This document shows positions 17,085-25,268 of a stretch of 29,073 nt of DNA, in pieces. Origin of the DNA: a virus (lineage: Duplodnaviria > Caudoviricetes); the IMG/VR virus record IMGVR_UViG_3300033067_001019, positions 1 to 29,073 of that record; one strand, written 5' to 3'. Made by a program: the position numbers and the translations under genes. Numbering within the stretch: position 1 is the first letter of the stretch; each line of letters opens with the position of its first letter. The notes under the pieces are model-generated. The model was not told the origin of the DNA. It was given only the letters and a program-made list of their open reading frames with translations, and did no database searches.

Positions 17085-18719
17085 TTACTGAGACACGTTC
17101 CGGTTCGATGGGCTGGCAAGTGCGGCCTCAATCTGATTCCAGATGTTGCTCATAAAGAGCACGCTGCCGTGAAAGGTCGTGTGAACTTCGTCGGTGTAGG
17201 TCGGACCTGTGTTGTCGGCGAGGAATCGCGTGTCCGAGCCACTGTCCTTGGTGCCGGTCTGCATCGGACCAAAGGGGCCGTATGAGCCGCTGTTGGTGTT
17301 GATCTCGCTGGGAAGAAGCGAGTAGCCGTTGATGAACGCAACGTCGGGATTCTCCTGCGAGAGCTCGTAGGCGGCGCGAGACAAACTGCTCATGATGGTC
17401 TTGGACTGCCCGGCCCGGTACGGCGATACCAAGACGATGTACCGCTCGCTCACGCCGTTAATGTCACAGATCGCCCTGATCCTGTTGATGAGCGTGAGTT
17501 GGCGAGCCTTGTAACTCGTGTAGTTGCCTGCCGCCAACAACGACTGATCGTTTGTCTCGACATCGCCAAACTCGTCGGTCGCCCCGGCCGTCAGATTGGT
17601 GCCGAGGCAGATCATAAAGACGTTGGGGCCGTTCTTTGGTCCAGCCACGCCGGGAGTCTCGCCGATCGCGTAGCTGAGATACCGGGCGATGTCGGCGTTG
17701 CTGTAGAATCGAGAGTTGATCCAGTCGTCAACGCGACTTCCGCCGCTTGCCATCGCCATGAACTGCAAGCCCGTGACGCCGGTTTTGTAGATGCGGCACC
17801 CCACCACGCCGATTCCAGTGCTGGCGTACTCGACGCCCGCAACCGTCCGCATGAACACGGAGATGCTTGAAACGCTCGATGCCGCGCCTGCGATGGTCGG
17901 GATGTCGCCGTCAACGTAAGCAAGCCCACCCGCGGTCAGATCGACCGTCGATCCATTGGCGCTCGCGTTCGCTCCGGAGTTGCGAGTTCCAACGAACGTC
18001 ACGCCCTGCGGTGACAGTCCAAAGTCTCCGTAGAGAATCGAGCGATATCGCACGGTCGCGCCATTCACGAACGGATCACCGCCCGCAATCATCCCCGAAG
18101 TCCAGTAGGGAAGGCTAAACGACCAGATATTGACATTGCCGTCATTGAGCGGTGTGCCAGTCTCGCTCGACCAGATCCATTCCTGGTACTGATTGGGGAT
18201 CTGAGCCGTGTTGCCGAACCACGTTGTCGTGCCGCTCGTCTTTGTCCACCGACATTTGACCGGCTGGTAGAGGCATGTGCGGGCCGTCCACGATCCCGAA
18301 CCGTTTGATCCGCTGGTGGTTGAGTCCGAGCGAGCCCAGTAGTTGTTGCCGTAAGGCGACTCGGTTGCGACTGCGGTGCCGACGCCAGTGAAGTATCCGC
18401 CCGACTGCCCCGCGTTGATCCAGAGTCCGACCCAGTTCGCCGGCTTGAAGCAGTACGGGAGCACCGACTGCAATCGCTGGCCGAGTTCTGCGGACGAAAG
18501 CGAGTCTGCTGGACCGAGCACGAGCCGTGCGTCGCCGTACTTTAGCAACTGCGCGACTTGGTAGAGGTTGTTCTGGGATGGAATGTCGGTTGTCTGCGTG
18601 TACCCGGCCTCATTGGCAAGGTCGCCATAGCCGACATTGACGGTGCATTGCCCAAGCGACGGCGCAGCAAAGAAGGCCGCGGCGATGGCAGCGACCACAA
18701 GACGAATCAAGTTCTTCAT
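17085..18719 (-). CDS. Secreted SGNH/GDSL-like esterase
   Basis: Start ATG 18719; signal peptide MKNLIRLVVAAIAAAFFAAPSLG; block I-like ADSLS, block II SGG, block III LGTN, block V DEVH. Confidence 0.7.
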   Translation of the reverse strand: MKNLIRLVVAAIAAAFFAAPSLGQCTVNVGYGDLANEAGYTQTTDIPSQNNLYQVAQLLKYGDARLVLGPADSLSSAELGQRLQSVLPYCFKPANWVGLWINAGQSGGYFTGVGTAVATESPYGNNYWARSDSTTSGSNGSGSWTARTCLYQPVKCRWTKTSGTTTWFGNTAQIPNQYQEWIWSSETGTPLNDGNVNIWSFSLPYWTSGMIAGGDPFVNGATVRYRSILYGDFGLSPQGVTFVGTRNSGANASANGSTVDLTAGGLAYVDGDIPTIAGAASSVSSISVFMRTVAGVEYASTGIGVVGCRIYKTGVTGLQFMAMASGGSRVDDWINSRFYSNADIARYLSYAIGETPGVAGPKNGPNVFMICLGTNLTAGATDEFGDVETNDQSLLAAGNYTSYKARQLTLINRIRAICDINGVSERYIVLVSPYRAGQSKTIMSSLSRAAYELSQENPDVAFINGYSLLPSEINTNSGSYGPFGPMQTGTKDSGSDTRFLADNTGPTYTDEVHTTFHGSVLFMSNIWNQIEAALASPSNRNVSQ

Positions 18720-18732
18720 GGTGTGACGATCC

Positions 18733-19107
18733 TCAGTTTGCGCTGACAACGAACCAAGCGTTGACAGTGCCGCTCGTGTAGGAAGTAACTTCGACCTTCA
18801 TCTCGGGCATGGCCGGGACGATGACCGCCGACGAAACCGAGCGGGTCGCCAAGACGGCCCAAGGGGCATTGGACGATGCCCGTCCCTTGACGCACGCCGT
18901 CGCCGTTCCGGTAATCTCGATCTGGCAGAGCGACGACGCGTTATTTCTGCGAGGCACAAACGTCGATCCGCTTGTCGCGCTCGTAACCGACAACACCTGC
19001 TCGGCGGTGATGTCCATAGCGGACGGGCGTGCGATGGCGTTGTTGATGAACAGTGCGGCTACGAGCGCGGCCATGGCCGCCACAAGGCCAAAGAGCCTGA
19101 TCTTCAT
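18733..19107 (-). CDS. Signal-peptide-bearing beta-rich protein
   Basis: MKIRLFGLVAAMAALVAALFINNAIA signal peptide (AIA cleavage site); beta-strand-rich mature part; AAAGGAG RBS. Confidence 0.75.
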   Translation of the reverse strand: MKIRLFGLVAAMAALVAALFINNAIARPSAMDITAEQVLSVTSATSGSTFVPRRNNASSLCQIEITGTATACVKGRASSNAPWAVLATRSVSSAVIVPAMPEMKVEVTSYTSGTVNAWFVVSAN

Positions 19108-19370
19108 GGTGACGATCTCCTTTGGATGAGCGATTCCCAGTCGTATTTGCTGACGGTTCTGCCCTTGAGTTGGGCGGAATCGACCCAGCCAAGCTCGACC
19201 ATCTTGTTCTGCGTCGCGTCATAGACGCTCACGCGAACTTTTCCCTTGCCTTCGAGAATGAGAACCGGCGCGTCTGGTGACGCGACGATCTCAGTTTTTG
19301 CCAGTCCGCCGCACGCTGTCAGGGCCATCGGGGCCAATGCGAGTGCCGCCGATATCGCGCAGCGAATCAC
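19104..19370 (-). CDS. Lipoprotein, possible o-spanin (Rz1-like)
   Basis: GTG start at 19370: MIRCAISAALALAPMALTAC with lipobox LTA-C; overlaps 3' end of upstream gene in another frame. Confidence 0.6.
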   Translation of the reverse strand: MIRCAISAALALAPMALTACGGLAKTEIVASPDAPVLILEGKGKVRVSVYDATQNKMVELGWVDSAQLKGRTVSKYDWESLIQRRSSP

Positions 19371-19521
19371 GTTCGATCTGCTGTTCGATTTCAAGCCGAG
19401 CCTCCTTGTCTCCCCCGTGGACCTCGACGCCGCGCGGCTTCCGCCACTGCTCAAGCAGGGCGGGCAGAACCTCGGCCAAGATTGCACCGAGCAACCGGCC
19501 AAGGGCTGCGAGCCAGGTCAT
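19291..19521 (-). CDS. N-terminally anchored membrane protein, possible i-spanin (Rz-like)
   Basis: MTWLAALGRLLGAILAEVLPALL then charged helix; ATGA-coupled to holin-like gene. Confidence 0.55.
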   Translation of the reverse strand: MTWLAALGRLLGAILAEVLPALLEQWRKPRGVEVHGGDKEARLEIEQQIERDSLRDIGGTRIGPDGPDSVRRTGKN

Positions 19522-19718
19522 TTGATCCCCTGCTGCTCGCTGGTGACGTTCTTGTCGCGGGCGGTGATGAGCCCGATGCCAGCGATGACGGCCGCGACGA
19601 CCGCGCCCCACTCGGGCATGGTTGACGGGTCGGCGTCAAACTGGGCAACGACTGCAGAGCCGACGGCGACAAGGATTGCGCCGATGCCTGCGAGGGTGGT
19701 TTTCCATGATCCATTCAT
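19518..19718 (-). CDS. Holin-like protein, two transmembrane segments
   Basis: 66 aa; two hydrophobic helices and a charged C-terminal tail; AAAGGAG RBS. Confidence 0.7.
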   Translation of the reverse strand: MNGSWKTTLAGIGAILVAVGSAVVAQFDADPSTMPEWGAVVAAVIAGIGLITARDKNVTSEQQGIK

Positions 19719-19960
19719 CTGCGATCTCCTTTGATGGCTGTGAGCGTGGTGGGAAAGACCTTCGCCTCGATGCGGTCGAGTTGCCGTTGGTGGTAGCTAA
19801 TGTTGGACTCAAGCGAGCCAAGGCGGCGATCGACGATGAGCACGATGCCACCCAGAACGATCAAGTGCCCGATGAGCGTGGCAATCAGCGTGAGCACAGA
19901 GCCCGCGGTGAGCTGCAGTTTTGTCTCGCCGTCGATGACAACTGTTTTGACTGGTGACAT
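19715..19960 (-). CDS. Single-TM plus coiled-coil membrane protein (lysis-associated?)
   Basis: Start ATG 19960 (GGGAG RBS); long hydrophobic helix then heptad-like RLGSLESNISYHQRQLDRIE. Confidence 0.65.
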   Translation of the reverse strand: MSPVKTVVIDGETKLQLTAGSVLTLIATLIGHLIVLGGIVLIVDRRLGSLESNISYHQRQLDRIEAKVFPTTLTAIKGDRR

Positions 19961-19971
19961 GGGTTGCTCCC

Positions 19972-20006
19972 AGAAAAGCCCCGGGCGGCTTGCGCCACCC
20001 AGAGCC
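19972..20006 (-). terminator. Intrinsic terminator after capsid/decoration genes (T-phi-like position)
   Basis: Minus strand GGCTCTGGGTGGC-GCAA-GCCGCCCGGGGCT then TTTCT. Confidence 0.7.
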
Positions 20007-20020
20007 GACATGACGGACGG

Positions 20021-20401
20021 TTAGGTGGTCTGTGCGCCGACAACAACCCACGCGGAGCCGTTGTTCACCATCAGCTTGCCAGTGGTCGAGTCAAACATGA
20101 CGGCACCGGCCATCCATGCAGCGTGCGCCGGGAACGAAGCCGTCGCCAGTGCGGGCGGGAAGAACAGGCCCGCGCCCTTGGTCTGCAGTCGGATGCTGAC
20201 GTTGGCGACATCAGAGTCGCCGTTGGTTGCCTTGAGGTCCACGGTGCGGTGGCCAGTTGCCAGAGTCGCGCCGTTGGCGGTGACCGAGAGATAGTCGGTC
20301 TTGGACATATTTTCCGCGCCGTACGTGCCGACGGGAACGAGCGTTTCAGTGTCGACGACGCGGATGATCCCCTGCGGGTCGACGATGTGAGTCTTGGCCA
20401 T
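20021..20401 (-). CDS. Putative capsid decoration / short fibre protein
   Basis: Directly after capsid gene; C-terminal GAVMFDSTTGKLMVNNGSAWVVV fibre-type motif; alternative start at 20443. Confidence 0.6.
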   Translation of the reverse strand: MAKTHIVDPQGIIRVVDTETLVPVGTYGAENMSKTDYLSVTANGATLATGHRTVDLKATNGDSDVANVSIRLQTKGAGLFFPPALATASFPAHAAWMAGAVMFDSTTGKLMVNNGSAWVVVGAQTT

Positions 20402-20523
20402 TGCGGTTTCCCCTTCGGGATAGAGGTCTTGGTGTCCTGGCATGGAGGTTCCTCCCTTGCCGTGAGAACGGCGTAGCGGCGGAAGTAGTTAGCTCCCGCC
20501 GCCTCGCCACTGTGGTGTTTGGA

Positions 20524-21546
20524 TTAGCCTGCCTTGACGCGGAGTTCGCCCGCGAGCCACGCGCACCACGGCACGGCACCGGTGATGGCGCGAGCGCGGA
20601 GCAAGTGGGTGTCGTTGTCAGGCGTCTCGCTCAGACGGCTGAGGACGCCGCCCTTGCGAACGACGGCGACGGGGGCCTTGCCCTCGCCAGACCACGAGAA
20701 CAGCGCGACGGGGCGACCAGTCGATCCGGCGACCGAGAAGTCGCCTTGGTACTTGGTCGGCCCGGTCGTGATCGCAGTCTTGGGCATGTACACCGAGTCG
20801 ATGAGGACGAACCCTTCCATCATGCCGATGATGCGCTGCGCGTAGTCAGCCCACTCGGGATGGATGTTGTAATCGACGCTCATGAGCTTGGCGGATCGCG
20901 TCGCAACCGACACGAGCCACGGCTCGATGAACGCGACGCGGCCCTTCTTGGGGATCGAGTCCTCGTCGTACTTCTGGGCCATGCGCGAGAAGTCACCTTC
21001 AAGCGTCGCGGCGCCAGCCTCGCTGACGGGGTAAGCGTCAGTCTCGGTCTGGCCTCCCGACACGGCTCGCGTGATGGCCTTGCCGCCGCCGTGCACGTTG
21101 GCCAAAGCCGACGTGCGGGCCGCGAGTGCCAAGCAGACGCCCATTCGCTTGTTCAGCTTCTCCGTCACCTTGCGAACCGAGATACGCAGCTTGTTCTCGA
21201 ACAGCGGGAACTTGCTGTGAATCCGGTCCACTTCGGGGATGCGGTGGGCGTGATGCAGCGGTTCGTCCACGTCGCACTGCACGCTGCCCTGCACTGCGCT
21301 GCTGCCCTCGATGTACTGGCCCGCGACGTGATGCTCGGCCTCGTCGCCAGGGTCACCCTCGAAGGGGAACACGTGGCTCGTCTCGCCGTCAGCGAGTTCC
21401 TTGAAACCGCAGACCTTGGGGTCCCAGAAGCGATTGACTTCGTGGAACACCTCTGCAGTCGTGTTGTCGATCAGTGTGTCGCACAGCGCGCGATCGTCGC
21501 CCGAAATACTCAGGCCGCGCGCAAGATTGGGGATGCCACCTGCCAT
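20524..21546 (-). CDS. Major capsid protein (gp10-like)
   Basis: Start reassigned to ATG 21546 (GGAGA RBS), 340 aa; SIPKKGRVAFIEP and IGMMEGFVLIDSVYMP resemble T7-like capsid motifs; synteny after scaffold. Confidence 0.85.
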   Translation of the reverse strand: MAGGIPNLARGLSISGDDRALCDTLIDNTTAEVFHEVNRFWDPKVCGFKELADGETSHVFPFEGDPGDEAEHHVAGQYIEGSSAVQGSVQCDVDEPLHHAHRIPEVDRIHSKFPLFENKLRISVRKVTEKLNKRMGVCLALAARTSALANVHGGGKAITRAVSGGQTETDAYPVSEAGAATLEGDFSRMAQKYDEDSIPKKGRVAFIEPWLVSVATRSAKLMSVDYNIHPEWADYAQRIIGMMEGFVLIDSVYMPKTAITTGPTKYQGDFSVAGSTGRPVALFSWSGEGKAPVAVVRKGGVLSRLSETPDNDTHLLRARAITGAVPWCAWLAGELRVKAG

Positions 21547-21775
21547 TTGAAAATCTCCGTGAATCAGGGTGAAAGCGATGTCGCTTTGGCTCGCCTGACA
21601 CGCGCGAGAGGTGTCCATGTGGCCACGGGCCGGATTGCTCCGGTTGTCCATGCCGCTGCTGGGCTCTGTCGTGCTGCTCGATGCTCAGGATCGACGGGTC
21701 AGTGCCGGCCGTACTGGTCGGGCTGGGCTTCGTCGTCCAAAAACTCGGGGCTCGATTTCTCGAGCCGCGAGCGTG
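21547..21775 (-). promoter_or_regulatory. Structured capsid-gene leader (candidate cis-regulatory RNA)
   Basis: Multiple hairpins, two GNRA loops and a duplicated GCCC..GGACA motif. Confidence 0.55.
21739..21771 (-). terminator. Terminator-like hairpin upstream of capsid leader
   Basis: Minus strand CTCGCGGCTCGA-GAAA-TCGAGCCCCGAG-TTTTT. Confidence 0.65.
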
Positions 21776-22264
21776 CTATTCCGCGTCCCTGCTGTCGTCG
21801 GGCTTCTCGGCGTCCTTGCCAGCCTGCTTGGCTGCCGCCGTGAGAGGCTTCTCGGGCTTCTCGGCGTCCTTGCCAGCCTGCTTGGCTGCCGCCGTGAGAG
21901 GCTTCTCGGGCTTCTCGGCGTCCTTTGGTGCGATCGCGGCGAGCACGGTCTTGAGTTGGTCACTGAGCAACGCGATCTGTGCGCCCTGCTCGTCGATCTT
22001 TGCCTGCAGTGCGGCCTCGCGGGTCACGGGGCCTGAGCCAATGGACTTGGACTCGGCAAGCTGACTGACGGCGTTTGCAAAAGCCCGGTCGAGGTTGGGG
22101 TCGACCACTTCAAGAATCTTCTTGCTGCGGTTCCCCTTCTCGTGGATGACAACCATCTCCCCGCTCTTGACCTTGCCGCCAATATTTTTGCCGTGCACGG
22201 TCTCGGTGTAGAAGGTTGCTCCTGCCGTTTCGAGGACGTAAGTCTGCTGCGCTGTCGGTGTCAT
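21776..22264 (-). CDS. Hypothetical protein with coiled coil and tandem-repeat tail
   Basis: 162 aa; ATGA-coupled to scaffold. Confidence 0.75.
   Translation of the reverse strand: MTPTAQQTYVLETAGATFYTETVHGKNIGGKVKSGEMVVIHEKGNRSKKILEVVDPNLDRAFANAVSQLAESKSIGSGPVTREAALQAKIDEQGAQIALLSDQLKTVLAAIAPKDAEKPEKPLTAAAKQAGKDAEKPEKPLTAAAKQAGKDAEKPDDSRDAE
21798..21925. repeat. Perfect 54-bp tandem repeat, about 2.3 copies
   Basis: Unit ggcttctcggcgtccttgccagcctgcttggctgccgccgtgagaggcttctcg; encodes KDAEKPEKPLTAAAKQAG. Confidence 0.95.
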
Positions 22265-23217
22265 GGTGCTGTCCTAATGGATCTCGGAGTTACACTGGCG
22301 CGGCGCATGAACTCCGGGTCATTTTGCCACGAGCCGGACCTGCGAGTCGCCTCGCGCATCTCGGCATGATACTCAGCACTCGACGCAAACGGTGCCGACG
22401 ATGATGCAACTGCCGACCCGCCGCCCGTGACGATGGTCCCTCGCCCGTTCACCGGATTCGCGTCCATGTGCTCGACGATCTCCTGCAGCGCCAGCTTGTA
22501 CGTGGTCGGATGGTTCAACCGCTGGTCGATGCTCTTGACCTTCTCGGGCGGGAGTTGGCGGGCATAGTCCATGATGTTCTGCAGCTTGTCGGGCCCGCCG
22601 ACATACTCGGCAGCGAGCCGCGGGAGCCGGGTTTGGAAGTCGACTTTGGCGTCCTGCAGGGCAAGTTGGTTCGTCAACTGCTGGTCGACGATCGCCTTGG
22701 GGATGCCCTTGGGGAACATCGCGGGATCGGAGACAAGGGCGAACGCCGCATACATCTCGGGCGTCAGTTCGCCTTTCTCAAGGAACTGCTTGCCGACGGC
22801 TGCAGGGTCGAGCCCCGCCGCCTTGGTGATGCGCAGCAACGGATCGTCGCCGGTCTGCTCGGAGAACACGGCCGCAACGTCGATGACGATGGGTTTGACC
22901 GCTGGCGTAGCCTCTGCGGGCTTGTCCTCGGTCGCCGCTGGCTTCTCGTCGGGCGTGGCTTCCGCTGCCGGCGTCGCCGTCGTCTCGGCTGGCTTTGCCT
23001 CTGCCGGCGTCGTCCGCTTGCCGATCAACTTCTGAGCCTCGGTGTACGCGCGAGCCTGAGCCTCGATCGGGTTGTCGGCCTTGTGGAACTTGGGGTCAAC
23101 CCACTCCGGGATCGTTGGCTTGGCCGCTGGCGTCGCTGCGGGTGTGGCTGCTGGTGTTGCCGCCGGTGTCTCGGTCGGTGTCTCGGTCGGTGTCGCTGTG
23201 TTCGTCTCGTCGTTCAT
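22261..23217 (-). CDS. Capsid assembly scaffolding protein (gp9-like)
   Basis: Follows portal; PKF..ARAYTEAQKLIG, GELTPEMYAAF, YVGGPD and C-terminal FASSAE...NDPEF motifs. Confidence 0.85.
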   Translation of the reverse strand: MNDETNTATPTETPTETPAATPAATPAATPAAKPTIPEWVDPKFHKADNPIEAQARAYTEAQKLIGKRTTPAEAKPAETTATPAAEATPDEKPAATEDKPAEATPAVKPIVIDVAAVFSEQTGDDPLLRITKAAGLDPAAVGKQFLEKGELTPEMYAAFALVSDPAMFPKGIPKAIVDQQLTNQLALQDAKVDFQTRLPRLAAEYVGGPDKLQNIMDYARQLPPEKVKSIDQRLNHPTTYKLALQEIVEHMDANPVNGRGTIVTGGGSAVASSSAPFASSAEYHAEMREATRRSGSWQNDPEFMRRASVTPRSIRTAP

Positions 23218-23235
23218 GTCGTCGTCCTTTCACTG

Positions 23236-24837
23236 TCACTGGGGAGCGGTGGCGAGCCGCTTCTCGGCTGCATTGCCGATCGTCTTGATGGCCTGCTCTC
23301 CTGCCGCCGCGACAAGCTGCTGCTGCATCGCGGTCTGTTGCTCCTTCGCCATCTGAGCGTTCGTCTTGACAAGGCCAGACTCGTAGAAGCCGCTGTATCG
23401 CACAAGGATCTGAGCGAGAATGCCCTCGTCGATCCTGCCGAGCATCTGCGGCCCAAACTGCTGCATGACCTGCGTGAGCGTGAGCAATCGACGCATCTGC
23501 TGGGCCCGATTGATCGCCGCGACGCCCGTGAGCGAGCGGATCTGAATGCCCTTGCGGGCCTGCTCGCTGAACCAGCGAATCAGTTTGTCGTCCTGGGCCT
23601 GAGCGAAGAAGTACCGAAGGGTCGGCAACTGGTTCTGCTCCGCGAATCCTGCGAGCGAACTGCCGCGAGCCATGTCGATCTCGCTGCCAACGCGATCGAC
23701 TGCAGCGCGGGTGACGCGATCGCCGGTCGGAAGCGACTCGGCCTGCGACAAGAACGATTTGCCAAGCGCCTCTCGCTTTCGCTCGATCTGCTGATTCACG
23801 ATCATCATGTCGCCCGTCTTGTTGGGCTGCAGGATGCCGATGTCCTGGACCACGCCGCCGCGAACGTCGCCCCGAATGGGAACCCCGCTGGGCTTCTCAA
23901 GGTCCTCCGGCCGCGTGAGACATTGGTGCCCGAGAACGGGGACGTACTTGGCGATGATGCCGATGATGTCGAGCGCACGCATCTCGATCTCGTTGAGCGA
24001 GCGAAGTTCTCCAAGGTGCTGCTCGATGAGCGAGCGGCCATAGTGCTCGGGCGGTGAAAGCTCGAACACCGTCGAGACGAATGGCGAGAACTTCTTGTCT
24101 GCCTCGTTGAACTTCTGGCCGTCGATCTCCTGCGAGATGAGCCACTTCTTGCTGAGCGGTTGCCACTCGCAAATGGTGTACATCGTCTTGCTGCGCTGCT
24201 TGACGTTCTTGAGCATCGCCTCGGCGGGCTTGATCTTGAGTTGTTCAAGCTGCTTCTCGTCGAGCTTCGCCAGTGGGTCAACGCCCTCGCGGACGATGTG
24301 ATAAACGACGTCGCCGCTGCTGTCGCGACGGGTGACGTAGTTGTCAAAGCGGATCGGCGTGATGCGGTAATCCGAGTCGATGAACTCAAGCACGTCGCCG
24401 AGCACGATGTACTGGTCGATCGCGCGGGCCTTGTTCGAGCGGAATCCGAGCACGCGGCGATTGCTGCCGTCGGTGATCCTCGACGATTCCATCAACGCCT
24501 GCAGCGCGAGCTCGATGAGGAATAGCTGGTCCTTGGCCTCCTGCAGCATTTGCGGGTCGACTGCAGGGTCGTACTCAACTTCGGGCGACGGCGAGAACGA
24601 GAAATACGGGTTGTCGAGGGGGTAGGACTCAAGCAGGATGTGCCCGGTGAGGGCCGTAACGCCATTGGCGCCGATGTCCTGATAGGTCTCGATGAGCTTG
24701 GCATCTTCGTTCTGGCCGTCGGGCGGGAGAAGCCATGGCTTCGTCAGAGCGGCACAGAGCCGCTTGCGCTTCATGACTTCTGCGCGGGACGAATCATCGT
24801 CCTGCCACATCCGTCCGACCCGGCCGGTCTTGCTCAC
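23236..24837 (-). CDS. Head-to-tail connector / portal (gp8-like)
   Basis: 533 aa; YQDIGANGV, YVTRRDSSG, EHYGRSLIEQHLGELRSLN, DRVT motifs. Confidence 0.93.
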   Translation of the reverse strand: MSKTGRVGRMWQDDDSSRAEVMKRKRLCAALTKPWLLPPDGQNEDAKLIETYQDIGANGVTALTGHILLESYPLDNPYFSFSPSPEVEYDPAVDPQMLQEAKDQLFLIELALQALMESSRITDGSNRRVLGFRSNKARAIDQYIVLGDVLEFIDSDYRITPIRFDNYVTRRDSSGDVVYHIVREGVDPLAKLDEKQLEQLKIKPAEAMLKNVKQRSKTMYTICEWQPLSKKWLISQEIDGQKFNEADKKFSPFVSTVFELSPPEHYGRSLIEQHLGELRSLNEIEMRALDIIGIIAKYVPVLGHQCLTRPEDLEKPSGVPIRGDVRGGVVQDIGILQPNKTGDMMIVNQQIERKREALGKSFLSQAESLPTGDRVTRAAVDRVGSEIDMARGSSLAGFAEQNQLPTLRYFFAQAQDDKLIRWFSEQARKGIQIRSLTGVAAINRAQQMRRLLTLTQVMQQFGPQMLGRIDEGILAQILVRYSGFYESGLVKTNAQMAKEQQTAMQQQLVAAAGEQAIKTIGNAAEKRLATAPQ

Positions 24838-25049
24838 GGGCCGGTGCCTCCGACGCCAGCGCCGGAGCCGGTGCCGCCTGTCGAGGGATCGACCACAAGG
24901 GCCGCACGAGCCGCGCGGCGGCGAGCAAGGTCTCGCTGCAACTGGGCCTGCTTGCGGGCATCGTCGTCGCTGAGAGCGGACGGAGCCGGTGCCGCCGGCA
25001 ATGCTGGCGCAGGATCGGGCTGGCTCCCGATTCCGATGAAGTCGGCCAT
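24834..25049 (-). CDS. Small Pro/Gly-rich virion protein (gp7.3/6.7-like)
   Basis: 71 aa; Pro-rich N-terminus, basic middle, Gly-rich end; directly before portal. Confidence 0.7.
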   Translation of the reverse strand: MADFIGIGSQPDPAPALPAAPAPSALSDDDARKQAQLQRDLARRRAARAALVVDPSTGGTGSGAGVGGTGP

Positions 25050-25052
25050 GGG

Positions 25053-25268
25053 TTACTTCTCCTCTGACGGCGGCTTGAGTTCTTCGAGGGCCCTATTGAG
25101 TTGGTCCACAACCGAGCGACGGCCCTGCATGTCGGCGATTTGGAGTCGCCCGTGCTCGGTGGAAAGCTGCTCGATCGTCGGCGGCAGTGCCGGATTGGTG
25201 GCGTCGAGATACCGAACGACGGCGGTCACGCCGCCACGGTGCCGAGCGATCAACTCTCGAATATCCAT
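25053..25268 (-). CDS. Small conserved-type podophage protein preceding structural genes
   Basis: Start reassigned to ATG 25268 (GGGAG RBS); QGRRSVVDQL motif. Confidence 0.6.
   Translation of the reverse strand: MDIRELIARHRGGVTAVVRYLDATNPALPPTIEQLSTEHGRLQIADMQGRRSVVDQLNRALEELKPPSEEK

Noticed and set aside
20402-20530. T7 gp10B-style frameshift fusing capsid to the downstream ORF
   Set aside because: An in-frame TAA lies 16 codons upstream of ATG 20443 in the downstream frame, and there is no clear slippery site.
21798-21925. CRISPR-like array
   Set aside because: Contiguous in-frame tandem repeat without spacers.
23120-23200. 12-bp repeats at the scaffold 5' end
   Set aside because: Ordinary low-complexity TPTE/TPAA linker typical of scaffold N-termini.
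4403-24057. Long plus-strand ORFs (e.g. 4403-5599, 11508-12755, 20401-21843, 22468-24057)
   Set aside because: Antisense shadows of GC-rich minus-strand genes with no recognisable motifs.
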